Shown: positions 46,737 to 55,687, counted from the first letter of the stretch. The stretch is 64,000 nucleotides of DNA from Candidatus Poribacteria bacterium (GCA_026702755.1 JAPPBX010000117.1:28578-92577); one strand, 5' to 3'. Numbers and translations: made by a program. Notes: generated from the letters alone by a model not told the origin.

Positions 46737-46994
46737 GTGCAAGAATCTTCTATCATCCAATACTTTAGTGAGAAAAGTTTTGAGCAAGGCATCGAACAAG
46801 GTAAAAAACAGCAAGCCGTTGAAGCGATCCTCACGGTGCTGGAGGTTCGCTTTCAGACCGATGTCGCCGAGAAACTAAAGCCTTTTCTTAGAGTCATTGA
46901 CGATCTGCAGCGTCTGGATCAGTTAAACCGGGTTGCTGCACGTGCCTCAAACATTAAAGAATTTACGGATGCGCTCTTGAACCTTAAAAACTGA
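46737..46994 (+). CDS. Small DUF4351-like protein (85 aa)
   Basis: GGAGG lies 5 nt before the GTG at 46737. FEQGIEQGKKQQAVEAILTVLEVRFQTDVAEKLKPFLRVIDDLQRLDQL resembles the DUF4351 C-terminal domain of Rpn/PD-(D/E)XK transposase-like proteins. The nuclease part is absent. Confidence 0.5.
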   Translation: MQESSIIQYFSEKSFEQGIEQGKKQQAVEAILTVLEVRFQTDVAEKLKPFLRVIDDLQRLDQLNRVAARASNIKEFTDALLNLKN

Positions 46995-47018
46995 GCTGTA
47001 CGAACGTTTAATCCCTAT

Positions 47019-48203
47019 ATGGAGATGAAACCTATGTCCGAACAGAAAGCGTTTTTAGAGAAAGTTCATATTAAAAACTACCGTAGTTTACGGAATGTTA
47101 CGCTTCCGCTCAAGTCTCTGACGGTTCTTGTCGGTCCGAATGCAAGTGGGAAATCGAATACTTTGAACGCATTACGCCTTTTCCAGGGGATCCTGAGTGT
47201 TGAAACCCCTCCTACAAAGGCAAATTTTCTCAGAGATCGCCTTTGGGTAGGCGGAGGCGACCACATCACTTGCGAACTACATGCCAAGGTGAAAGAGAAA
47301 TTAGCACAATATACATTGGTGTTTAAAACTAAAGATGAAGATCTTTCTATTGACGAAGAATTATTGGTTAACAGCGTAAAAGTTATCTCAATTCAGAATG
47401 GAGAAGGACAAGTTCAGGATGAAAATAGTAAGAATGCAACGAAATACACATCCAATAAACTCGCTTTGAGATCTGCTGGTGATTATGGACATAAACCTGT
47501 TACGAGTGCGTTAACAGCGTTTATTCAAGGATGGGAATTTTATGACTTTGAACCAAACTACATGCGAACTAATTCTGATAGATCTTCTGTTAAAAAAGAA
47601 ACTCTTGATTCTCAAAAACTTGGTAGCTATGGTACAGGGGTACCGGACATACTCCAGGACTGGTATGAAAATTCGCCAGAGGATTTCCAATACGTTAGTG
47701 AAGCCTTAGCAGCTGTCACGAATATCAATATAGACTACTGCAAAATTGATGGCGGATCCCAACTCTGCCTTCTTGAAGGATATAAGAAACCGATACCTTT
47801 AACAAATGCCTCTGATGGAACATTGCGTCTTCTTGCATATAATACCTTGCTCAATCAATCTAAATTACCGCCGCTGATTACCATTGAGGAACCGGAGCGG
47901 AATTTACACCCTGGTGCCCTGAAGGATATTGCATACATACTTGAGCGTCTTGCTGAACGAACACAGGTGATTATTACTACGCATAGTTCTCAACTCCTTG
48001 ATACCTTCAGTTCTAAGAGTTTATCAGATTCGCTCGGTGTTTTGCTGTTGCGCAACCGCCCCAAACTCGGCACAGAAGTACTCAACATTGAAAATATCCG
48101 TGATAAGCGTGAAGCATTTGCTGACTGGATCGCTGATTTTGGAATCGGCAGTGCGGTTTTCGACAGTGGACTGCTACAAGATCTCATGGAGGAACCGATA
48201 TGA
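47019..48203 (+). CDS. ABC-type AAA ATPase (AAA_21/OLD-ATPase-like)
   Basis: IKNYRSLRNVTL...LVGPNASGKSN (Walker A), SDGTLRLLAY (signature-like), LITIEEPERNLHP (Walker B), IITTHSSQLLD (H-loop). Confidence 0.8.
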   Translation: MEMKPMSEQKAFLEKVHIKNYRSLRNVTLPLKSLTVLVGPNASGKSNTLNALRLFQGILSVETPPTKANFLRDRLWVGGGDHITCELHAKVKEKLAQYTLVFKTKDEDLSIDEELLVNSVKVISIQNGEGQVQDENSKNATKYTSNKLALRSAGDYGHKPVTSALTAFIQGWEFYDFEPNYMRTNSDRSSVKKETLDSQKLGSYGTGVPDILQDWYENSPEDFQYVSEALAAVTNINIDYCKIDGGSQLCLLEGYKKPIPLTNASDGTLRLLAYNTLLNQSKLPPLITIEEPERNLHPGALKDIAYILERLAERTQVIITTHSSQLLDTFSSKSLSDSLGVLLLRNRPKLGTEVLNIENIRDKREAFADWIADFGIGSAVFDSGLLQDLMEEPI

Positions 48204-48763
48204 TAAGCATCCGAATCTGGAGTTTGGAATCTGACCGAGATGCCAAAGCAGTCAAATTTTTGGAAAATGAATTTATCAGATTCAGGCATCTTGGGGATAT
48301 CGCTATCCGAACAGCCGGAAGAAGTACACTTCGCAAGTGTCATAGGAAAGGCACGCCTATAAGCAGCAGCCTAAGGAAGGCGATTGAGCATTATCTCAAG
48401 CAGGATGATTATATTATTTTTATCGTTGATTCCGATCAGCAACGACAGGATGGGTCAAAACCTCTTGCTAATGAGGTTAAACGAATCGTCAAAAATTGTA
48501 ATTTGTCTGATAAGGTGTTTTTCGCGCCCGACATTCAAAAAGACGAATCTGCCATACCAACGCAGTGGCAAGACATCGTTTCGCACTTTCGCTCTGAAGT
48601 TGAAAGTGAGCGCAAAAGGTTTCGGGAGGAGTGGGATAGGACCTTAGCATATTTCCACAATGTCTTTGCCGATATTCCAGAGGAGGAAGTGATGCGTCAT
48701 TTTGAGGAAGCACTTGCAGAGGTGAGACGTGAACGCGCCGAAGCCGCAGATATTCACAAATAA
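48200..48763 (+). CDS. Small Toprim-like protein (DUF4276/RloB-like pattern), overlaps the ATPase stop (ATGA)
   Basis: N-terminal IRIWSLESDRDAKAVKFL (conserved-Glu position) and IIFIVDSD (DxD-like) fit the E...DxD Toprim layout seen in RloB/DUF4276/AriB-type partners of AAA_21 ATPases. Judged by eye only. Confidence 0.45.
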   Translation: MISIRIWSLESDRDAKAVKFLENEFIRFRHLGDIAIRTAGRSTLRKCHRKGTPISSSLRKAIEHYLKQDDYIIFIVDSDQQRQDGSKPLANEVKRIVKNCNLSDKVFFAPDIQKDESAIPTQWQDIVSHFRSEVESERKRFREEWDRTLAYFHNVFADIPEEEVMRHFEEALAEVRRERAEAADIHK

Positions 48764-48770
48764 ATTCTGA

Positions 48771-49106
48771 ATGGAGCAGATCCCAATGATTCAAATTTCT
48801 GAACCGATAACACTTGAAAAACTATTGCCGTTGATACGAAAGCTGCCCAAAACTGAGCGCGAGCAGTTGCGTAAGTCCCTTGAAGAGGAATCACAGTTGG
48901 ATGCCGCGATTGTGTTATATCAAAACGGTGAAGTGACGCTCGGGAGAGCTGCTGAGTTGGCTGGCATCCACCGTTTTGAGTTTGAAGAGGCTTTGGCAGC
49001 AAGGGGTATATGGAAAATCGTCGAAGTTGATTCAGCAGAAGCATTGAAAGAGGGAGTCTCTCTTATAAAAAGCCTTCATAAATCAAACGTTAGCACAGAG
49101 GAATAG
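48771..49106 (+). CDS. UPF0175-family antitoxin-like protein
   Basis: AAIVLYQNGEVTLGRAAELAGIHRFEFEEALAARGI is the characteristic UPF0175 HTH-like core. Confidence 0.7.
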   Translation: MEQIPMIQISEPITLEKLLPLIRKLPKTEREQLRKSLEEESQLDAAIVLYQNGEVTLGRAAELAGIHRFEFEEALAARGIWKIVEVDSAEALKEGVSLIKSLHKSNVSTEE

Positions 49107-49111
49107 TAGTT

Positions 49112-49603
49112 TTGGTTTTTGTTGATACCGATGTGCTTTCAATTTTCGCCAAAATTGAGCGTTTGCCATTGCTATTTGTCGTTTTTGACCAAGAGACGCT
49201 TAATATTGCTGAGGCAGTAGAAAATGAGGTCAAAATAGGGGTATCAAAAGGATTCTCTTTTTCTAACGACATCATCGCATTGCAAACGCACGGACAGGTT
49301 CGCACATATCATACAACGCTCGCGGATCAGGAGTTTATGAGTTCCTTACCACAAACGCTTGGTGCAGGAGAGAGTGAATCTATGGCACTCTGTAAACGCT
49401 TCGCCGCGATTTTTGCAAGCAACGAACGACGAGTAATGCACTATTGTAAGGCAAACGAGATTCATTGCATAGACTTAGTTCGGATTTTACGAGCATTCTG
49501 GGAGTTACAAATTTTGACCCAAACCGATGTGCGGAAAGTTATAACAGAGATTGAGACAGAAGACCAACTCAAATTTCGATCTATTGACCCGATTTTCAAA
49601 TGA
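49112..49603 (+). CDS. PIN-like (DUF3368-type) nucleic-acid-binding/toxin-like protein
   Basis: TTG start. VFVDTDVLSIFAKIERLPLL and LGAGESESMALCKRF..IFASNERR fit the DUF3368 pattern. The usual DD is replaced by SN. It is the known partner family of UPF0175. Confidence 0.6.
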   Translation: MVFVDTDVLSIFAKIERLPLLFVVFDQETLNIAEAVENEVKIGVSKGFSFSNDIIALQTHGQVRTYHTTLADQEFMSSLPQTLGAGESESMALCKRFAAIFASNERRVMHYCKANEIHCIDLVRILRAFWELQILTQTDVRKVITEIETEDQLKFRSIDPIFK

Positions 49604-52600
49604 ACCCATACAGCGAAGATGAACTCATAGAACAACCCGCTATCAGCCTACTTGAAAGGATGGGGTGGGAGACGCTGAACTGCTACAGCGAATTTGAACA
49701 AACCGAAGGGAGTCCACTCGGTAGACAAACAAAATCAGAAGTCGTCCTCACCTCTCGACTGCGCCCCGCGTTAGTCCAACTCAACCCCGACGCAACCGAA
49801 GATACCATTACCAAAGCGATTGAGCAACTCACCGACTCCCGCGCACTGATGAGTGCTGTCGAAGCCAACCGTGAGATATACACCCTCCTGAAAGATGGCG
49901 TGAAGGTTTCCCTTAGCGAGCCAGACACTGAAGGCGAGACCGTCGAAGTGCTGCAGGTGATTGACTGGGAAAACCCGGAAAACAACGATTTCTTCGCTGC
50001 ATCCCAATTCCATATTACTGGCGACATGTATATGAGACGACCAGATATAGTATGTTTCGTCAACGGAATTCCCTTGGTCCTGATGGAATTCAAACGGATT
50101 GACGTAAGCCTCAAAGCCGCTTATGATGACAACCTCCGAGACTACAAAGATACCATCCGACACCTCTTTTGGTACAACGCCTTTATTGTGCTCTCTAACG
50201 GGACCGAGAGTAAGGTAGGCAGCCTCACCGCCAGTTGGGAACATTTTGCTGATTGGAAGCGCGTTCACACTGAAGACGAACCGTCCAAGGTCTCTTTAGA
50301 GACGATTCTGCAGGCACTCTGTGAACCGCAACGCTTACTTGATGTCATCGAAAACTTTATCCTATTTATGGAGGCGCAAGGCGGATTAATCAAGATTCTC
50401 GCCAAGAACCATCAATACCTCGGTGTCAACAACACGATTGAATCCCTGAAGGAGATTGAAGATAATCAGGGTAAGCTTGGTGTCTTTTGGCATACGCAGG
50501 GGAGCGGGAAAAGCATCTCGATGCTCTTCTTTGCACAGAAGGTGCTCAGAAAAGTACCGGGAAACTGGACATTCGTTGTCGTTACGGATCGCAAGGAATT
50601 GGACGACCAAATCTACAAGACCTTCGCGAGTACGAGTGGTGTCCTGACACAGCAGGGGGTGCATGCAGAAGATATAAAGCATCTCCGCCAACTCCTCGGT
50701 GAAGACCATCGCTATATCTTTACCCTCATTCACAAATTCCAGACGCAAGGCAGCGAGCGGCACCCCGTTCTCTCTGACCGGTCAGACATCGTCGTCATCA
50801 CCGATGAAGCGCATCGAAGTCAATACGACACACTCGCCTTGAATATGCGCACCGCACTCCCTAACGCTGCATTCGTCGCGTTTACAGGGACACCGCTTAT
50901 GGCGGGTGAAGAAAAGACAAAATCGGTCTTCGGTGCCTATGTGAGTATTTACGATTTTAACCAATCTATCGTTGACGGTGCAACCGTGCCTCTCTACTAC
51001 GAAAACCGGGTGCCAGCCCTACAGTTGATAAATGAAGAGTTCAACGAAGACATGGAACAGGTCCTTGAGGATGCCGAGTTGGATGAGGCACAAGAGGCAA
51101 AAATTGAACGCGAGTTTGGCAGAGAGTATCATCTCATCACGCGAGATGAGCGATTAGAAACCGTCGCTGAAGATATTGTTGAACATTTTATGGGCAGAGG
51201 CTACCGAGGGAAAGCCATGGTCATCTCAATCGACAAAGCCACTGCTGTCAAGATGTTCGACAAGGTTCAGAAACATTGGCAGCAGTACATTGAACGTCTA
51301 AAATCGGAGATGACCACACAGACCGGTAGCGAGCGGCTCTTCTCAGAGGAAAGGGTTCGCTATATGGAAGAGACCGATATGGCAGTCGTCGTTTCTCCGG
51401 GGCAAAACGAAATTGATGACCTCAGCCAAAAGGGAGCGGACATTGGACCCCACCGTGCCCGTATGAACGCTGAGGATTTGGACACCAAATTCAAGGATGC
51501 CAATGATCCTTTCCGAATTGTTTTCGTCTGTGCGATGTGGATCACAGGTTTCGATGTGCCTTCTTGTTCTACAATCTATCTTGATAAACCGCAACGGAAC
51601 CACACCTTGATGCAGACCATTGCCAGAGCCAACCGTGTCTTCGGTGATAAAAACAACGGCTTAATTGTTGACTACATCGGGGTTTTCCGTTATCTTGAAA
51701 AAGCGTTGGCGATTTATGCGACCGGTGCCGATACGGAAGGAAACCAGAAACCGATTGCGGATAAGTCGAAACTGGTCGAAAGGCTCAGAGAGGCAATCGC
51801 TGAAACCTCCGAATTCTGTCGAGGTCTCGGTATTGACTTCGCAGCAGCCCAAACCGACGACGCTTTGCAAAACATTAACCAAATTCAAGAGGCGATGGAT
51901 GCCATCTTGGAAAACGATGAGACCAAACGAAACTATTTGCAACACGCGACGAACATCACGAAACTATACAAGGCAATTCTACCCGACCCCGATGCACACG
52001 CGTTTACCAGAATCTGCCAACTTACCAGTGTTATCGCACAGAAAATCAAAAATTTAACACCCTCGACTGACATCTCAGGTGTGATGATAGGCGTTGAAGA
52101 CCTACTCGACCGATCAATTGCACCTGAAGGTTTTCTCATTCCGATACCACCTGACAGTTATGATAGCGAACCGATAGATTTGAGCCAGATTGACTTTGAC
52201 CAGCTAAGCGAACAATTTCAGACGGAACACAAACGCGTTGAGGCGGAGAGACTCAGAGGCGCGATCAACGGTAAACTCGCCGCGATGATTCGTCTCAATA
52301 GGAGTCGGATGAATTATCAACAGAAATTTGAGCAGATGATCGCGGAATACAACGCGGGGACCATTGATGTTGATGATTTCTTTGAGGGACTTTTTAACTT
52401 CGCTGGTGAACTCCATCAGGAAGACCAACGCGCTGATGCGGAAGAATTCTCGGAAGAAGAATTGGCGGTGTTTGATCTCTTGAGGCAACCTGAGCTGCGG
52501 CTAACCCTTGCTGAACGAGATGAGGTAAAAACTGCTGTGCGGAAATTGCTTGAGACGCTCAAGCGAGAGAAGTTGGTCTTGGATTGGCGTAAACGGACAC

Positions 52601-52761
52601 AGTCGAAGGCGGAAGTGAAAGAGACTGTTGACAACATACTTGATGATGAACTGCCACAACCTTACACCCCTGAACTGTTCAATCAGAAATCTGGGGCGGT
52701 TTATCAACACATCTACGATTCTTACTACGGTGAAGGGAAAAGCATCTATACGCAGAATTAA
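49600..52761 (+). CDS. hsdR: Type I restriction enzyme, R (endonuclease/translocase) subunit
   Basis: 1053 aa. N-terminal PD-(D/E)XK region (RPDIVCFVNGIPLVLMEFKR), helicase motifs HTQGSGKS, VVITDEAHRSQ, FTGTP and QTIARANR. The start ATG overlaps the PIN-like gene stop (ATGA). Confidence 0.93.
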   Translation: MNPYSEDELIEQPAISLLERMGWETLNCYSEFEQTEGSPLGRQTKSEVVLTSRLRPALVQLNPDATEDTITKAIEQLTDSRALMSAVEANREIYTLLKDGVKVSLSEPDTEGETVEVLQVIDWENPENNDFFAASQFHITGDMYMRRPDIVCFVNGIPLVLMEFKRIDVSLKAAYDDNLRDYKDTIRHLFWYNAFIVLSNGTESKVGSLTASWEHFADWKRVHTEDEPSKVSLETILQALCEPQRLLDVIENFILFMEAQGGLIKILAKNHQYLGVNNTIESLKEIEDNQGKLGVFWHTQGSGKSISMLFFAQKVLRKVPGNWTFVVVTDRKELDDQIYKTFASTSGVLTQQGVHAEDIKHLRQLLGEDHRYIFTLIHKFQTQGSERHPVLSDRSDIVVITDEAHRSQYDTLALNMRTALPNAAFVAFTGTPLMAGEEKTKSVFGAYVSIYDFNQSIVDGATVPLYYENRVPALQLINEEFNEDMEQVLEDAELDEAQEAKIEREFGREYHLITRDERLETVAEDIVEHFMGRGYRGKAMVISIDKATAVKMFDKVQKHWQQYIERLKSEMTTQTGSERLFSEERVRYMEETDMAVVVSPGQNEIDDLSQKGADIGPHRARMNAEDLDTKFKDANDPFRIVFVCAMWITGFDVPSCSTIYLDKPQRNHTLMQTIARANRVFGDKNNGLIVDYIGVFRYLEKALAIYATGADTEGNQKPIADKSKLVERLREAIAETSEFCRGLGIDFAAAQTDDALQNINQIQEAMDAILENDETKRNYLQHATNITKLYKAILPDPDAHAFTRICQLTSVIAQKIKNLTPSTDISGVMIGVEDLLDRSIAPEGFLIPIPPDSYDSEPIDLSQIDFDQLSEQFQTEHKRVEAERLRGAINGKLAAMIRLNRSRMNYQQKFEQMIAEYNAGTIDVDDFFEGLFNFAGELHQEDQRADAEEFSEEELAVFDLLRQPELRLTLAERDEVKTAVRKLLETLKREKLVLDWRKRTQSKAEVKETVDNILDDELPQPYTPELFNQKSGAVYQHIYDSYYGEGKSIYTQN

Positions 52762-52762
52762 A

Positions 52763-52783
52763 GGCGCGGTTTCAAACCGCGCC
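52763..52783. terminator. Bidirectional terminator hairpin, palindrome family D
   Basis: ggcgcggttt-c-aaaccgcgcc lies between the convergent hsdR and pfk genes. Confidence 0.65.
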
Positions 52784-52807
52784 TGTATTTACTGAAAATC
52801 CTGATTT

Positions 52808-54010
52808 TTATTCAATCTCGTCAATCTCAATCAATCGATCATCCAGAGACACATCTGGACGCGGGAGATCACCGAAAAGCGGACGGAAGTATCCAACACC
52901 TGCGGGGGATATCTGATACCGTTCCTCATCGTAGAACCGTAAATCAAGGTCCCTTCGGACAACATGTCCAGACGCATCCCGTTTGAGTACCTGCTCTAAC
53001 GGCAACAGCGTCGGTTCAATGCCGACCTCTGTTCGCGTAATCGTTGCGACACCGTTGAACATCCCGTCTGAGAGTGCTTGCACCGCCATAGCCCCAGCCT
53101 TCATAGCGATGTCTCTATCCAATGGTATCGGGCTACCGCACCTCTGGAGATAACCGAGGATCAAAGCACGAAACGCCGACTCTGAAATCTCGGGAAGCAG
53201 TTTTTTCATCGTCTCAACGATAATTTCTGAACACCCTCCCGGTTTCGTATGCCCAAAAGCATCAAGTTCCTCTTGTGAAGTAATCATCAGTTCCCCAGCA
53301 TCATTCCGAATCCCTTCCGACACGACGACGATGACGTTCCCTTGTGCTGCATGTTTTTCGCGAATCGCTTCTGCCAGTTTATCCGGTTGATATGGGATTT
53401 CGGGGACAACGATAAGATCCGCTTGCCCGTAGGCTGCAGATAGCGTTAACCAACCCGCATCTCTCCCCATGGCTTCAACAACAATCACACGATCGTGGGA
53501 GTAGGTCGTTGTCCGCAGATCTTGGACGTAATTGATGACTCTGTTCGCAGATGACGGGAAGCCGGGACAGAAATAGTTCACCATCTTGGAGTAATCGACA
53601 GCATCCCCTTCAGGTGGATTGATACCCACATCGTTATCAATTGTTTTAGTGACAAACGTGGTTGTGAACTGATCGGACAGTGCGGTTCCGACCGTCAAAG
53701 TATCATCACCACCTATCGGAATCAGACCGCTAATATCCAGTTTCTTCAGATTACTGACTGCCTCATCTAACTTATTATCTTTGATTAGATTCGTACGTGA
53801 ACTCTTTAATAACGTTCCACCTCGGTTTTCGTCAATCAGGTCGGGTGTCAGCGTAAAGTAGCGTCCACCTTTCAAAACACCACGCCATCCTTCCATAAAT
53901 CCGACCAGTTCAAAACCGAGTTCTTCGGATTTCAATGCGATGCCTTTGAGGGTGGCGTTGAGCGCGCTCGTATCGCCGCCCCCTGTTAGAACACCGATTT
54001 TTTTTGCCAT
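52808..54010 (-). CDS. pfk: 6-phosphofructokinase (ATP- or PPi-dependent)
   Basis: KIGVLTGGGDTSALNA, PIGGDDT, KTIDNDV, and EAMGRDAGWL. Confidence 0.88.
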   Translation of the reverse strand: MAKKIGVLTGGGDTSALNATLKGIALKSEELGFELVGFMEGWRGVLKGGRYFTLTPDLIDENRGGTLLKSSRTNLIKDNKLDEAVSNLKKLDISGLIPIGGDDTLTVGTALSDQFTTTFVTKTIDNDVGINPPEGDAVDYSKMVNYFCPGFPSSANRVINYVQDLRTTTYSHDRVIVVEAMGRDAGWLTLSAAYGQADLIVVPEIPYQPDKLAEAIREKHAAQGNVIVVVSEGIRNDAGELMITSQEELDAFGHTKPGGCSEIIVETMKKLLPEISESAFRALILGYLQRCGSPIPLDRDIAMKAGAMAVQALSDGMFNGVATITRTEVGIEPTLLPLEQVLKRDASGHVVRRDLDLRFYDEERYQISPAGVGYFRPLFGDLPRPDVSLDDRLIEIDEIE

Positions 54011-54127
54011 ACCAAACTCCTTTATATTGGCTTTCAGTTTTCGGTCTTCGGCTTTCGGTCAAGAGATTGTTTCTCTTCTACGGATAACTAACAGCCGATA
54101 GCCATTAGAACGATTGTGCGATATGGA

Positions 54128-55687
54128 TTACTTAATCACTTCGAGGAGAACCGGCTTATCCAATGCGAGTGCCTTTTCAAACGTTGGCTTAAAGTCTCCT
54201 GGGTCTTCAACACGTAATCCAACCGCACCGAACGATTCCGCAAACTGCACGAAATCAGGGTTGACCAATTCGACACCGATCCGTTTACCGAAACGTCGAA
54301 GCTGCCCGCGTTCAATTGAGGTGTACTGATTGTCGTTCATCACGAGCGTCACAACCGGTAGGTTATACATCACCGCGGTTGCGAAATCCGGGCACGTCAT
54401 TAAAAACCCGCCATCACCGCTTAGCGCGACGACTTTCCGCTCAGGATACGCAACTTGTGCACCGATAGCACCCGTCAATCCGATTCCCATTGCCACAGAT
54501 ACACCGGAGAAGATGTAACTTCCCGGATGATAACAGGGGAAATGCTGCAGGGCACCGTAGCCGGTGATGTTAACGTCAACCGACAAGATGGCATCGTGAG
54601 GCAGGACATCGCGCATCTCTTGGAGGATTTGAGGGCGTTCAATCGCCATGAATTGTCGGTGTAATTCGCGTAACCCGTCACCCCAACCGCCTGTGTGTTT
54701 CTCATCGCGTAGCGCAGTGTTCAATTGGCGTAAAACCAGTTTCGGATTCGCACCAATACCAACAGTCGCCGGATATTCCTTATGAATCTCTTCAGGGTCC
54801 GCTTCAATATGCAACAAGGGTTGTGGAATCTTGAGGCTCCAGTTGCCGGTATCACGATAGTTGAATCTGGTGCCAACAGCAACGATGAGATCGGAGGCAT
54901 CCATTGCTGCTTGGGCGATGCCGTCTCGGAAGATACCGATGGAATACGGCGAGTCTTCCGGCACTGAACCCTTTCCAAAACCTGTCATCACGATGGGCGC
55001 GTCAAGTCGTTGTGCGAACTCCAGTATTTCCGCGGTCGCACGCGTATGGTTGATACCGCCACCTGCAACGATCAACGGACGTTCCGAGGTGTTCAACAGT
55101 GCTACTGCTGCGTCTACATCTTGCGGACTTGCTGTTGTCTGGATACCGTTGTTGTATGGAGGGATTGGCAAGTCTGCCTCGGCATCCAATGCGTCTTTTG
55201 CCAGTTCAATCAGCACAGGTCCAGGTCTCCCTGAACGCAGCGCACTGAAACTCCGATTGACGGCATCGGGAATCTGGTCTACCCGATGGATTATCTCCAG
55301 ATGTTTCGTCATCGGTGTGAAGGCAGCTCTCTGATCCAACCCATGGAAACTCTTTTTCGGATCCCGTGATGCCAAATAGGATGGATTCTGTCCGGTAATC
55401 CAAAGCACAGGCGAAGACGCTGTGTTTGCTTCGCCTATACCGATAGAGGCGTTGTTTGAACCGGGCCCCGGCACAGTCATACAGACACCAACATCGCCTG
55501 TCGCGCGCGCGTAGCCGTCCGCCATAAATGATGCGCCGCCTTCGTGCCGTGTGACGTAATGCTGGATGCTGTCTTGATTGTTGTATAGCGATTCATAAAC
55601 GGTGTCTAAATGGTTTCCCGGTAAACCGAAAATAACCTTAACACCTTGTGCTTTCAAGCACTCAACAAACATATCTCCACCTGTCAT
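54128..55687 (-). CDS. Thiamine pyrophosphate-dependent enzyme (acetolactate synthase large-subunit-like)
   Basis: N-terminal TPP-pyrimidine domain (GVKVIFGLPGNH, RHEGGASFMADGYA) and the C-terminal GDGGF...NN TPP-binding motif. Confidence 0.85.
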   Translation of the reverse strand: MTGGDMFVECLKAQGVKVIFGLPGNHLDTVYESLYNNQDSIQHYVTRHEGGASFMADGYARATGDVGVCMTVPGPGSNNASIGIGEANTASSPVLWITGQNPSYLASRDPKKSFHGLDQRAAFTPMTKHLEIIHRVDQIPDAVNRSFSALRSGRPGPVLIELAKDALDAEADLPIPPYNNGIQTTASPQDVDAAVALLNTSERPLIVAGGGINHTRATAEILEFAQRLDAPIVMTGFGKGSVPEDSPYSIGIFRDGIAQAAMDASDLIVAVGTRFNYRDTGNWSLKIPQPLLHIEADPEEIHKEYPATVGIGANPKLVLRQLNTALRDEKHTGGWGDGLRELHRQFMAIERPQILQEMRDVLPHDAILSVDVNITGYGALQHFPCYHPGSYIFSGVSVAMGIGLTGAIGAQVAYPERKVVALSGDGGFLMTCPDFATAVMYNLPVVTLVMNDNQYTSIERGQLRRFGKRIGVELVNPDFVQFAESFGAVGLRVEDPGDFKPTFEKALALDKPVLLEVIK

